DNA of 64,000 nucleotides, from contig NC_087472.1 of the NCBI RefSeq assembly GCF_036321535.1, forward strand, positions 91,638,001 through 91,702,000. Reading direction: 5' to 3'. Position 1 is the first letter of the stretch. Every line of letters starts with the position of its first letter. A model generated the notes under the pieces. That model made no database searches and had not been told where the DNA came from. It was given only the letters and a program-made list of their open reading frames with translations. A program made the position numbers and the translations under genes. Below, piece after piece: positions 25,001-37,983 of this stretch. This DNA is from Camelus dromedarius (lineage: Eukaryota).

Positions 25001-28000
25001 TACCTCATTTTTCATGGCAGGGGGAATATAGTATGGGCTATATTGAGTCTTTTGAACTCTATGCTCCCCCCAGAGCAAAATGCACATTCACACTGAAATT
25101 TACCTGAAATTACAGATCCACAAATCCCTTCCAAAGACCCCTGTGTAAGAAGCCCTAACGTAACAAACAGGCTGCAAATTCATTGACTTAAATTCTTAAA
25201 GTGAGAAGAGCATGGTAGGATGAGGAGTCCTGAGTCCTAGTTTCACCTCCCGCAGTTCAGCTATGTTATCATGGAAAAATACTATGATCTTCTTAGAGGA
25301 CAATTTCCTTCTTTACAAAATGAGGTTATGAGTCTAAATTATCTCCTAGGTTCCCTTTAGTAAAACATGTTACAAGCTGTTTCTACTTAAAAAGCCAGTA
25401 AAGAACATCATTGCTGAATTAAGTATTTTCTATTTGTATGACTATATTTCTTATCACAAAAAGCAACAGGCCATTATTACAGACTATGAGATACACATTT
25501 CAATTTACGCTTACCAGATATTTAGAAGACAGGTGCTAACTGCATTTTAAGCCCCCATGTGAACACCAGCTGCTCCTAAATAACTTGTAGTCTGAGTACA
25601 ACTTTTGGATCTTATTTTTCTACTAATTTTGAACTCTTTTTTTTATATAAGAGATAGCTTAGCAGCTTGGAATATACTCACAAAAGGCCACTTTCATCAG
25701 GGGAAATGATGAATTTTAACTTCTTAAGAAAGTTAGATCATTGTTTCTTTAGAACATTTTGAAGTTCTTATGCAAAACAAGAATTGAAAGAAGTCAAATT
25801 GGCTTCTTCACAGAAGGCAAGAGCTGAGTGACAGAAGAGTGGCAGGGTCAAATGGAGGTGCTCAAGCGCACAGAGAAAGACAGAAGAAGGTGAAGCACTC
25901 GGAAGTGAAAGGAGAGTGAGGAGACGACAAGCTTGCTGAATATCTGCTCTGTGTGATGCTGTACATATAAGTATACAAGGGGCAGCTGCTTAAGAACAAA
26001 CACAGGGCAGTTTTGACCCCACTTGAGAGTACTGAACCTCCAGACTTTCGGAATCCGTATCTTGATAATTTTGGAGGAAAAGGAAAGAAGTGTCATCTGG
26101 TTGTTTTCAACCTAAATTTCCCCTGTAGAGTCATTAAGCAAAAATTTCAGGAAGGCATCTGCCTTCCAAACTAACACTTTTCTAGAACCTTCTAAAGAGG
26201 CATTTGGGGCAAGTATAAGTTTCTAGAGCTTAGCTGGACAGGATGATTATCTGTATAGATAACTTCTGTGATGAGAATACTTAAGTTTTTCAGAGTTAAT
26301 TCTAAGGAGCAGCCAGAATTTTTAGACTTCATTTCAAAAAAGGAGAAATATATTTGAATACCTGAAAGTCAACAGTAAAACACTCTTATTCCTAAATACT
26401 CTTTCAAAAGCCCAGCAAGAATCACATAAAAATGGATTAAAAATACTAAGGCACGAAGTCGAACTGCGTGAGGGAACCAGGAGAATTGCACCCCACACTG
26501 CTATGTTACATGATCTTAAAACTCACCAAAATTGTTTGTAAAAGGCTGAGGTAGCAGTCATGTAATGGTACTGCAGAGACAGCAAATAATAACCTTGTAG
26601 GTGATTTTTTTAAAAGGCAAACATTACCAGAATGAGATCCAACAAGTGTTTAAAAGCCCACTTTCTTGATACAGGAAATATTTGGTTCTTTTCAGTACAT
26701 CTTACAAGCTGCTCTGAGAGGTACAGCTGTTTCCTGTCCCTACGGAGCTTTAGCATGGTGGATGGATTCAACTACATCAAATTTGTGAAGTCTGGAGCTT
26801 AGGACAAGAAAACAAAATTGAGTCCAGCCCACGACATTAGTTGATCCTCTCAACGTCACTTGCCGTTTCTGAATTTTAGCTGGACAATATGAGATCCTTA
26901 GTAATTTAAATATAAATTTATATGTAAAGACTTCAAAGAAATTCTTCCTTCTCTATCATTTGTTCAGTCCATTCATTCATTCATTCATTCATTCTCTCAG
27001 TTTAATAACATTCATTGAGGAAAAACTATGTACCAATAATTATAATTGACAAATTGGATACAAAGACAAATAAAATCCTGCATTCAAGAAGCTCAGAGTC
27101 TAGTCAGGGATGCAGAGAAGTAAAGAAATATAGGATTATGTGATGAATTCTAAGTGAGTCACAAAGGGAGAATGTAACTCGCCCTGCGTGGGTTGAGCTG
27201 ATTCAGGATCAATTATTAGTTCACTAACTGAACAGAGTGTGGTGCAAATTCAAGACAAAATGTAGTTTGGAAGATGTTTGGATTTCTACCTCTTACCCTT
27301 GCTTTTTTTTTTTAATGGAAACTTCAGCATTGTACTATCGGTATTTCTTTTCATTTTTGTTTTACCCACTGGATTATGATGCTTTAAGAGCAGTTTTGGG
27401 TTTTTTTTTAATCATCTTTTATTCTCAGGGCCTACCACTGTATTAGGGAATCAATAAATATTAAAGAATAAATGACCAACAAGGTAGAAAGAAATTATTA
27501 TAATCTTTGCTATAAATTATCTATTTATCTGTCTGTCATCTATCATCCATCTATCTAATCTATCTATCTAAGGAAACCCATTTCTAAGGAGTCTGGATTC
27601 AAGCAAAAGTATTAAGATTCCTCTGTTTAGCATTTTAAAATTATACAATAAATTTGCTTCATGGAACAGCTCTTTTCTTTCTTATATACTATTAGGGAGA
27701 GTCTCTAATTTTATAGTAAAGAATGGTGATATGGCAGGAAAATGTCACTGAATCCTGCATAGAACAGACATAATTTTTAGAAATACATATATATTATATA
27801 TAAAATAACACTGTTGAATTTTGAACACAAATGTCCAATTCTGAAATGTTTCTAACAATAAGAATATTGTATTTATAGGACAGATTCCCACTGTGAAATG
27901 GAGGACAAAGGTGGTAGATTTTGGTACCCTGAGATACTGACGAAGCAAGTCCATGTGGAATGGCAGGAACATCAGAAAAGGAGACAGAGCTTTTAAATTT

Positions 28001-28552
28001 TTAATTGGAAGGGACAAAAGCAATTTTTCTTTCCCAAGTGGAACTGCTAGAGTGAAATGGATACTATGATTTAGGCAGAAGTATTGGGTAACAAGTCTTC
28101 AAACAAAGACAAGGCAAGTGGCCATCTAGGTGTCCGTGGTTACTAGGGCTGGAAGCCAGACTTACAACCCTGTGTAAGCTATCATAGGTCAGAAGAGGCA
28201 GCAGTTGCTGTGAAATCAGATATAGAGGTTGGAAAGGAATTGGAGTGGGGCAGGAGGAGAGGTAGAGGGCCTGCTTAAGGAACGTGGCACTTGGGCAGTA
28301 ACGCCAGGCCACAGCAGCAGCGGCAACAAAGATGTCAGCCAACAGAGGCTCCTGCGTGGTGTCTCAACATTGTTTTAAGCTGAGACCAGAAGCACTCCGG
28401 TTGCCACCGTAAGTTACAATGCTATTTACTCTACAAAGAGCCTTGTAAGGCCAATCCTTCTTCGCACTGAGTCAGGAACCAGAAGCAATATGGTGGTGCA
28501 GGGGAGCTGAGAATAAAGTCATTAAAATATTAGGAGTTCATTAAGAAAGGAC

Positions 28553-29009
28553 TGTGGGTCAGGTACTGTTGGTGCTACACCTAGATTCCTACCCGCCTTG
28601 ACTTGGGTGCCCATATGTCCCGTCTTCTGTATGTTTTGTTTTTAACAGCTCTCACCTGAGCCCTTTAAGGCATTGCCTGCAGAAGGCTGGAAGTACCTTT
28701 GAGTTTATGCCCCATTCCATCCCATAGCCAATGATGCCTGATAGGGTAGTATGAAAGCCCAACTTTCTTCCTTATAGGATGACAAACTCTGAGTTATAAT
28801 GTAAGCTCCAGAGCTCGCTGTTGGATCAGACTGTGAGTGGGACTTCACCTGAAATCACACCTTTGTCTAGCTTTGTCTATTCTGGGCTCCCCACTCCCCC
28901 TTCTAGTTTCTCTCAGGAGCACTTCTTAAATAAGCCAGTTGCACTTCTTAAATAAACCAGGTGCACTTAAATCTTTATCTTACGGTTTGCATTTAGGAAA
29001 CTTAAGACA
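28553..29009 (+). mobile_element. ERVL solo LTR (LTR16-like)
   Basis: TG...CA ends; aagctccagagctc...ggatcag...ctgagtgggact core; aaataaacc...tgcacttaaatc 3' motif; internal 22-bp tandem duplication at ~28919-28962. Confidence 0.75.
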
Positions 29010-30109
29010 ACTGATTTTGTAACTACTGGAAAGAGCTGCCTGTATCCCTTTACAATTCTAACACAGAATCAGGAACAAAGGAGCACAAGAAAAGGGCACC
29101 TAAGTCTTCCTGGGGAATCATCAAGGTTTGACAGGAAAGGTAATGCTAAAGATGACTTTTGAAATATACAAAGGAGTTTTCTAGATGAGATGGGAAAGAT
29201 ACCACGTGTCTTTTAAACCTATTTATCAATGGTGAAAAATATTAACTAATATTTATTTGTATATGTTATTAAGTGCCTGGTGCTGCACTAAGAATATTAC
29301 ATTTTTATCTTAATTATTCATTAAAAAGAATACTTCGGGCATATATAGTCATGATACCCATTCATATATGAGGAATCCAAAAGGTCTAGTAGTTTGTTCA
29401 AATCATAAAGCAAGTCACCAGCAGACCTGGGCTTTGAACATAGGTAATTTGACTTTAGGACTCACTGGAGTTTTGATCACTTTGCTATACTGCCTTCTAG
29501 GTAAATAACATTAAAATAAGAATTGTCTTCAATCTCATTTCCTCTATAGTATCAAGGTGATGTTTTTCTTTTTCTTGCTGATCACTTTTAAACCCATTCA
29601 TGATGAAAATGATGTTTAATTCATATGTGGTTCTCTGTGTTAATATTTAGAATGTCGTGGAAAGAAAAAAAGGAAACTAAAAAATGTGTCTGACTTTCTA
29701 GGAGTCTGTCATTTGTAACAGAAGTAGAAAGTGTCTTTAAATTTTTTAAAGGGAATCACACTTCAGGACAGGATCAGTGGGAAAGACAGTTGTAAAGTTG
29801 AAGAGTGAGGATATCTGAACTTGGAAGGCCAGAGTTCCTACACTTAAATATGATCTAAGATGATACCGGAGGCAAAATACTGAAAGGTCAATACAAGTCT
29901 TGAAATACTTTTTATTATAATTATTCTGAAATCTTGCTCTTTTCTAGTCTTTCTTGATTATTTCAGAGTAAAAACAATCTCTATTCTTAAAGCAATTCAG
30001 CATAGATGAGAGTATTATTTGGAATATCCTTTTTCTCTTAGTTATATATAATTGGAGAAGCTTGATTATTAGACTTGTACTGATATTTATAGGCACCCCC
30101 ATCACCCCT

Positions 30110-30372
30110 TCTTATTTATAAGGCCCCATCTGTCCCCTAACCTCTATCACCTTTCATCCCTTAACCCTGTGATGTTTTTCTTTAGTTAGCTGATCCAATA
30201 TGTATTCTGTTTTTTATTTCTGTGATTATATCTGTCTTTCTCACTAGAATGGAAACTCAAGAAGAATAGGGACTTTGCCTTGTTCATCACTATGTCTCTA
30301 GCATCTTGAGAAATGACTGCTATATATAAGGTGCTCGATAAATATTTGGTGAACCAAAGAATGAATGAATAA
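30110..30372. mobile_element. L2 3' end fragment (other L2 remnants at ~19570-19700, 24060-24500, 26960-27150, 32000-32400, 41480-42700, 60630-60950)
   Basis: ctagaatggaaactcaagaagaatagggactttgccttgttcatcact...gtgctcgataaatatttggtgaa...aatgaatgaat is a typical L2 terminus. Confidence 0.7.
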
Positions 30373-32659
30373 TGACTGTGCCTAAGGAAAATGCAAAACA
30401 GCAGGAAAGGAATTGTTATGCATCCTTAAAACTTACCCTAAATCCTGAAGCCACTGCATAGTAATGGTGGATTGGGAAGCGTTGTGACATAATGGAGGCA
30501 GGAGAAGCTTTGCCCTCTTACTGGTTAAAATCCTAAGTTAAAATCCTGGCATTGAAATTTATGTAAATAAGAATAAGAATGGCTGCCTTATAACCTATGT
30601 ATATCACATAATTGTCACTCATTAAATTTTAGTTCCCTCATGTTATTTGAAGATGCAGAGATCAACTTTTAGAAAAGAAGTTTACTTGCTAAGAATTTTG
30701 AAAAGATGTCCAGGGGTTAGAAAAATTGATTCATTAAATTAAAAATACAAAGGGCTTTTAGGGAAGCAAAAAATGATCCTGTGGTTACCAAGGTTACAGT
30801 TAGTCTGTTCTTAGTAAAACAAAATTTTCTCATATGTTTGTCATATCTGTAAAAGTTTTCACATACCTTAAGATATCAATAAGGATCAAGGATCAAGTGT
30901 TTCATCGTTGTTATTAATTTTTTATTACTTTGCAATGAGTTAATAGGAAAAGCTAAAGATTACTTATATCGGGGGGATTATTAATGAGACATGATGGGCA
31001 TCTTACCCATAATGACAGCAAGGCAAGGTGATAAGTTTAATATGGATGCTTACTCTTAAAGCCTCTCTATGAAGGGTGCAGTTCTATATAGAGTTGGGGC
31101 TCTGTCCCACTGTAGCCTGTTAATGATGTGATTACAGATGGGTAGAGAGTATAGATGATGATGCCTCTGAAGACCAAAAATTAAGGAATGATTATGGTAG
31201 TGATGCTTTGGAGCTTAAACCAGACCAAAGCACGCTGAAAAAGAGGACCAGGGATTGAACTGATGCCAAGAGAAGTTGTGACAAATAGAACTGTGGACAG
31301 AGGTAGGTTGGCAATATTTATCTTCAGTTAGTTCTGCGCCAGTAGATTCTGAAATATGAGGTATGTAAATGAAAATAAACTAAATTAAAAAGTGGTATTT
31401 AACTAGTAAGTCAACATTTATTCCTATTTTTATAATTTAACTGACGTTTATTTTAAAGAATATTTTTGTTGTCACATATGTACAGAAAAGTGGTGACTTA
31501 GTTATATTTAACTAAATAATAGATCATCAAATGAACTTCTATAAACACAATCTGTAAATTTGAAAGTTCTATATATATATGATAAAGTTTTGACAGACTT
31601 ATATTCACCTCACCCTGAAGGTATTAGGTTATATAAGGTATGTTAAGTATTTGCTTTTGGAAACAAAAGAGTCTTCCTGCTTATTACCTTGTTACATGAC
31701 CAAATATTTAATACTTACAGTGTACTACCTGATGGTATTCATCATCTTTTCCTATTCATTTGTTTGTTCATTCATTCATTTCTCATTCAATAAAAATTTC
31801 CAAGCTCCAGACACAGAAATAACTGCTTCACACAGACTGTTTAATCTGCTCCCTCAAGAATCATGGAAAGTAAGACCCCTTTGTGAAAACCCTTGTCTGT
31901 CTGTCTGTCTGTCTGTCTCTCTTTCCCCTCCCCAGGGGTTCTTCTCTTATGGAATACTGATAGAAACACAGGCATATGTACTGAGTACCGTAAGAAGAAA
32001 TAGGAGTGCATGAGTAATTTTTCCTGAAAGGGGAAGAGTAGTCAGGATAAGGCTAGGGAAAAATTTCACTAAGAAAAATATTTCAGCTGAGCTAGAAGGA
32101 TGAATGGGAATTTGTTAAGTGAAGAATAGGGAGAAATTTATTTCACCAGACAGGAAATGCTATGGGTAAAGACATGGAGTTGGGAGTCACAGAGCTTATT
32201 AGGGTGATGGTGAGATGATTATACTTGAGTGTGGGGAGCTGGGAAGCAGGGGGAGACATGAAACATCAGGAAGAGATAGAAGATGAGCAGAAAAAAAAAG
32301 AAAGGAACCCAAGTTGTGAAGGACTAAATAGCAGAGGTATAGGGGAGGTATTAACAAAGTTCACTCTGTAAATGACATAATCAGATCTCATACATATAAA
32401 CTATTTAGCCAAATACACTAAACTTCTTAAGGAGCATATAATTCTGTTTGCCTCCCTCACCACCCTTTATATTCAATAAAATCTCAATAAATATTTTATG
32501 ATGATATAACTCCTTACATTTACTTATTCAAATACCATCATCCAGCCTCCTCAAAAAAACACTCTGAAAGGTAGAAAGTGATATTGAGATCCATATAGCA
32601 ATCTGTCCATAATGGATACCTATTAGAAATAATTTCAAATATATAGGAAATGGTATAGA

Positions 32660-33187
32660 GCCATCATTCCCAAACTGCGTGCCAAGGTGTCATAGGGTGA
32701 CACAGCAAACTTAAAGGACCACCACAGGATAGCTTAAATTTTCAAGGTAAACACAGCAACACCTGTGGGCTATCAGGTAGATTACATTCATTTTGATAAT
32801 GTCGTATCTTTGCAAAGCTGGCGTTCTGGTAGTTGTGACAAAAAGCAAGTGCTGTGCAAAAATCAATGTGGAACAGAAAATGAGGGTGGCAATATGCAAT
32901 CGGATTCCAAAGTTTGAGAAGTTGTACAGCAACTAACAGGCACATATATCCCATTGGTAAATAATTCTGATTATTTAATTTTTTCAATTTATAACTATTA
33001 CAAAGTATAAATACAAATATTATTCTAAACAGCTGCTAAATTGTTAGGATGTACATACTTGTTAAGTTCTTTGGATCTAACTGCTTAGAAAATAGAACTA
33101 TTAAGTATTTCTTTGGGTTCAGGGAACCATGAAAAAATTACAGAGAAACTAAGGGCGCCATGAACCAAGAAAATTTGGGGATCTCTG
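32660..33187 (+). mobile_element. hAT-Charlie deletion derivative retaining the transposase C-terminus
   Basis: Termini ...ttcccaaactg / aatttggggatctctg; internal frame SYLCKAGVLVVVTKSKCCAKINVEQKMRVAI resembles the hAT dimerisation-domain end. Confidence 0.7.
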
Positions 33188-33819
33188 TTAAAAAGGCTAC
33201 AAAACTGCAAAATATGTATAGTATAAGACAAAGTTGAGGTAAACATTTCAAACTGATCCTTGTAGGATTCAACATTTGGCCTAAAGTTGCTATTGTACTC
33301 CATAATTGCAGCATCCTATAGGAGCATGAATATTTCTCTGCTTGCCTAGCTTTTGATAGTAACTCTAGCTGTGAGCCCCTTATGTCACATTTTCCTCAGA
33401 GCAGAAGCCATGTGGAGAAAGAATATAGAGGATTTCAACAATTCAATGCACCAAATTTCTACATTGGCAAAGCGAAGTGCATTACTGCAAAAATGCAAGC
33501 AAAGAAAGCAGCTGCTCCACTTTCTACCTGATGCAAGCGGAAATGTTTAAGGTAGTTTCTACTCTCCTGCATGGCCATTTCCTACATTAACAAATAATTA
33601 TCACTTTTATGGTCTTTTGCCTTCTTATAAGCGTAAATCTTTTGTCCACCATGATTGGAATTCCAACTGTCTATTCTTTTCAACAACGTTATTGGTTTCC
33701 AAAAATGTAATGATTCTCATTTGCATTAGTTTTGCTTCTGTTTGCATTTCTTGATTTTGTCCACCTGAAGAGGGTGGAGGGACGCTGTTAATTTTTAATG
33801 ATATCCTGCTGTTTATAAA

Positions 33820-34060
33820 AAGTGACTACCTATTTGCTTACTATGTGCCAGGCACTTTTCGAAGTATTTTATAAACAAAGGCATTTAATCTTCGTTGCAA
33901 CACTGTAGTGTCGGTATTATTTTTGTCCCTGTTTGATGGATGAGGAAACTGAGGCATAGAAAGACAGTTTATGGAATTTTGCCAAGGTGATTCATCTGGT
34001 AGATGATAGAATCAGTTTGATTCCACAGCTAAACGATGCCTGGATCTTAACCATTGTGCT
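33820..34060. mobile_element. MIR SINE (other MIR remnants at ~25200-25370, 29260-29490, 40470-40880, 51890-52030, 62290-62390)
   Basis: ctatgtgccaggcact...gatgaggaaactgaggcatagaaag MIR core. Confidence 0.8.
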
Positions 34061-34813
34061 AAATGGATTTCCTGCTGTGCCAGGACTTGGTATTCATTTT
34101 TCGAAACTCATGTTGTTTAAATCTCAATATAGCCCAGAGGCTCAGAGATGTAAAGTAATGTCTCAAAAGCTGCAGGAATAGCTAAATGGTGGAATCAAAT
34201 TTCTGTCTCCCAATTCAGTGCTCTTTTGGCTATATCAATGGTTTCTGAAATGGGATGAATTAAGTCAAAGCATAAGAAACTGCCAATATTTGACCATTTT
34301 TACTTCAAAATCACAATCTCATATGGTTAACTTTCAACAATATGATCAGTGGAGATTAACAGAAAGTACTAGAAATCCTATTAATATCTATTTTAACATA
34401 AAATGAGGAGTAAATTCAGCTTTATGAAGTTCTTATTTTTTGATTGATAGTGGTGCCCTCCCCACGTCAGTGTCCTGCACAGGCAGTGAGGTCCTCAAGG
34501 GCCAACTTGTAGCTCTGTGTCGCAGAGGAATGACAGAGAGAGGCAACTACATTACTTTGTTTGCTTTCTACGAATTGTGCCTCTTAATGATATATTCAAC
34601 TTTTCATGTTATTGAATATTACCAATATGATTAATTCTCTAAACTATGACCTTCGAGGAACAAAATGTTTGCAAAACTTTGTAGGGAGGTGGAAAATTAC
34701 CATGAAAATTACTAATTCCTTTTTCAGAAATATGGAGAGGCTAGCATATTTCAGAAATATGTCAGACAATCCTCTGACAGAAGACAAACTAAAGATATCA
34801 AAGTGCTGTTAAG

Positions 34814-35110
34814 GAAACAGACTCACAGACATAGAAAACAAACTTATGGTTACCAGTGGGGAAGGGGGTGGGAAAGGATAAATTGGGAGTTTGAGATTTG
34901 CAGATACTAACTACTATATATATAGAATAGATAAACAACAAGTTTATGCTGTATAGTACAGGGTACTATATTCAATTCTTACAGTAACTTGTGAAAAAGA
35001 ATATGAAAATGAATATATGTATGTTCATGTATGACTGAAGCATTATGCTGTACACCAGAAATGACACAACATTGTGAACTGACTATGCCTCAATAAAAAA
35101 ATATATATAC
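34814..35110 (+). mobile_element. 5'-truncated L1 3'UTR (artiodactyl/camelid type) with target-site duplication
   Basis: aacagactcacagacatagaaaacaaacttatggttacc...aataaaaaa; flanked by aaagtgctgttaag (34800-34813) and aaaatgctgttaag (35112-35125). Confidence 0.9.
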
Positions 35111-35379
35111 AAAAATGCTGTTAAGAGAATACAAAGTTATCAGCAAAATTGTAAGGGAACATGGTAATCCAGAGACACAAGCCCAACACTGAATTTTATT
35201 TTATTCTAGGCTGTTATCAGTACAGGCTAACTTGAGCTTTTCTTCTAACGACTCAATAGGGAAAAAGGGGTAAAAGCCACAAAATTTGGTGCCCATCTTA
35301 GTTGGGAATTATAGTAGACATTTCCTTCTATATTGAAGTGTGACCATTTTACTCAGGGTTAAGAGTAAGCCTGTACTAT

Positions 35380-36115
35380 TTTACAAGTAGTCAGCTGTCA
35401 TTTTTATCTTTCTTCATCTGTACTTTTCTTCTCCGCCTGCTTTCAAGATTTTGTCTTCATTTCTGGTTTTGAACAATTTGACTATGATGTACACTAGTGT
35501 TTTAATATTTCTTGTCCCTGGGGTTCACTGAGATTCTCGGGTCTGTGGTTTATAGTTTTTCTTTTTTAAAATAAAATTTAGAAGAATTTTGTTCATTACA
35601 TTTTCCATCCACTTCACTTCCGTTGGGGACTCTGATTACACATATATTTGGCCACTTGAAGTTATCCATAGCTGAGTGATGCTCTGTTTATTTTTTTCAT
35701 TCGTATTCCTCTCTGTTTAATTTTGGGTAGTTTCCATTGTTATGTCTTCAAGATGAGTGATCTTTTATTCTGTTTCGGGGGCCTAATCTGCTGTTAATCC
35801 CATCTATTTTTCATCTAAAACTTATTTTTTCATCTCTAGATGTTCAATTGTAGAGTTTTAAAATATATTCCATGTCTCTCCTTAACATTAATGCTCTGCT
35901 CTACCTTATTAAACATATGGAATATAGCTATGGCAATCATTTTAACGCCTTTGTCTACTAAATCTATCACCTGTGTCATTTGTTTCAGTTTCCATTCGTT
36001 GATTTTCTCTTCATTATAAGTCACATTTCTCTGACACTTTGTACACCTAATAATTTTTTATTGTATAAAGACATTGTGATTTTACCGTTTTGAGAGCTGG
36101 AAGAAGGTAAATATT
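35380..36115 (-). mobile_element. Old L1 ORF1-region fragment
   Basis: gctttcaagattttgtcttc...tttgactatgatgt...gggttcactgagattct, typical of reverse L1M ORF1; ORF 35836..36024 is degenerate ORF1-like. Confidence 0.7.
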
Positions 36116-36116
36116 C

Positions 36117-37983
36117 TTTTTTTTTTAACATTTTTTTACTGAGTTACAGTCATTTTACAATGTTGTGTCAAATTCCAGTGTAGAGCACAATTTTTCAGTT
36201 ATACATGAACATACATACATTCATTGTCACATTTTTTTTGCTGTGAGCTACCACAAGATCTTGTATATATTTCCCTGTGCTATACAGTATAATCTTGTGT
36301 ATCTATTCTGCATATACTTGTCAGTATCTACAAATTTTGAAATCCCAGTCGGTCCCTTCCCACTCCCCTACCCCTTGGCAACCACAAGTTTGTATTCTAT
36401 ATCTATGAGTCTATTTCTGCTTTGTATTTATATTCTTTCTCTTTCTTTCTTTCTTTTTTTTTCAGATTCCACATATGAGCGATCTCACATGGTATTTTTC
36501 TTTCTCTTTCTGGCTTACTTCACTTAGAATGACATGTTCCAGGGACATCCATATTGCTGCAAATGGCATTATGTTGTCTTTTTACAGCTGAATAGTATTC
36601 CATTGTATAAATATACCACCTCTTCTTTATCCAGTCATCTGTCGATGGACATTTAGGCTGTTTCCATGTCTTGGCTATTGTAAATAGTGCTGCTATGAAC
36701 ATTGGGGTGCAGGTGTCTTTCTGAAGTAGGGTTCCTTCTGGATATATGCCCAGGAGCAGGATGACTGGGTCTTATGGTAAGTCTGTTTCTAGCGTTTTGA
36801 GGAATCTCCATACTGTTTTCCACAGTGGCTGCACCAACCTGCATTCCCACCAGCAGTGTAGGAGGGTTCCCTTTTCTCCACAGCCTCTCCAGCATTTGTC
36901 ATTTGTGGGCTTTTGAATGATGGCTATTCTGGCTGGTGTGAGGTGATACCTCATTGTAGTTTTGATTTGCATTTCTCTGATAATTAGTGATGTTGAGCAT
37001 TTTTTCATGTGCCTATTGATCATTTGTAAGTCTTCCTTGGAGAATTACTTTTTTAGGTCTTCTGCCCATTCTTGGATTGGGTTGTTTGTTTTGTTCTTAT
37101 TATGTCATATGAGCTGCTTATATATTCTGGAGATCAAGCCTTTGTCAGTTTCATCGTTTGCAAAATTTTTCTCCCATTCCGTAGGTTGTCATTTTGTTTT
37201 GCTTATGGTTTCCTTTGCTGTGCAGAAGCTTGTAAGTTTACTTAGGTCCCATTTGTTTATTCTTGCTTTTATTTCTATTGCTTGGGTAGACTGCCCTAGG
37301 AGAACATTTTTGAGATGTATGTCAGATAATGTTTTGCCTATATTTTCTTCTAGGAGGTTTATTGTATCTTGTCGTACGTTTAAGTCGTTGATCCATTTTG
37401 AATTTATTTTTGTGTATGGTGTAAGGGAATGTTCTAGCTTCATTGCTTTACATGCTGCTGTCCAGTTTTCCCAACACCATTTGCTGAAGAGACTGTCTTT
37501 ATTCCATTGTATCTTCTTGCCTCCTTTGTCGAAGATGAGTTGACCAAAAGTTTGTGGGTTCATTTCTGGGCTCTCTATTCTGTTCCATTGGTGCATATGT
37601 CTGTTTTGTACCAATACCATGCTGTTTTGATGACTGTAGCTCTGTAGCATTGTCTGAAGTCTGGGAGAGTTATTCCTCCAGCCTCCTTCTTTCTCTTCAA
37701 TAATGCTTTAGCAATTCTAGGTCTTTTGTGGTTCCATAAAAGTTTTATTATGATTTGTTCTAGTTTTGTGAAATATGTCCTGGGTAATTTGATAGGAATT
37801 GCATTAAATCTGTAGATTGCCTTGGGCAGTATGACCATTTTAACAATACTGATTCTTCCAATCCAGGAGCATGGGATAGCTTTCCATTTTTTTTTAAGTC
37901 TTCTTTAATTCCCTTAATCAGTGTTTTATAGTTTTCCGTGTATAAGTCTTTTACCTCCTTGGTTAGATTTACTCCAAGGTATA
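36117..37983 (-). mobile_element. Young camelid L1, 5'-truncated (~1.87 kb)
   Basis: Poly(T) at 36117; ORF2 fragments [49 protein letters not shown]; no obvious TSD. Confidence 0.95.
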
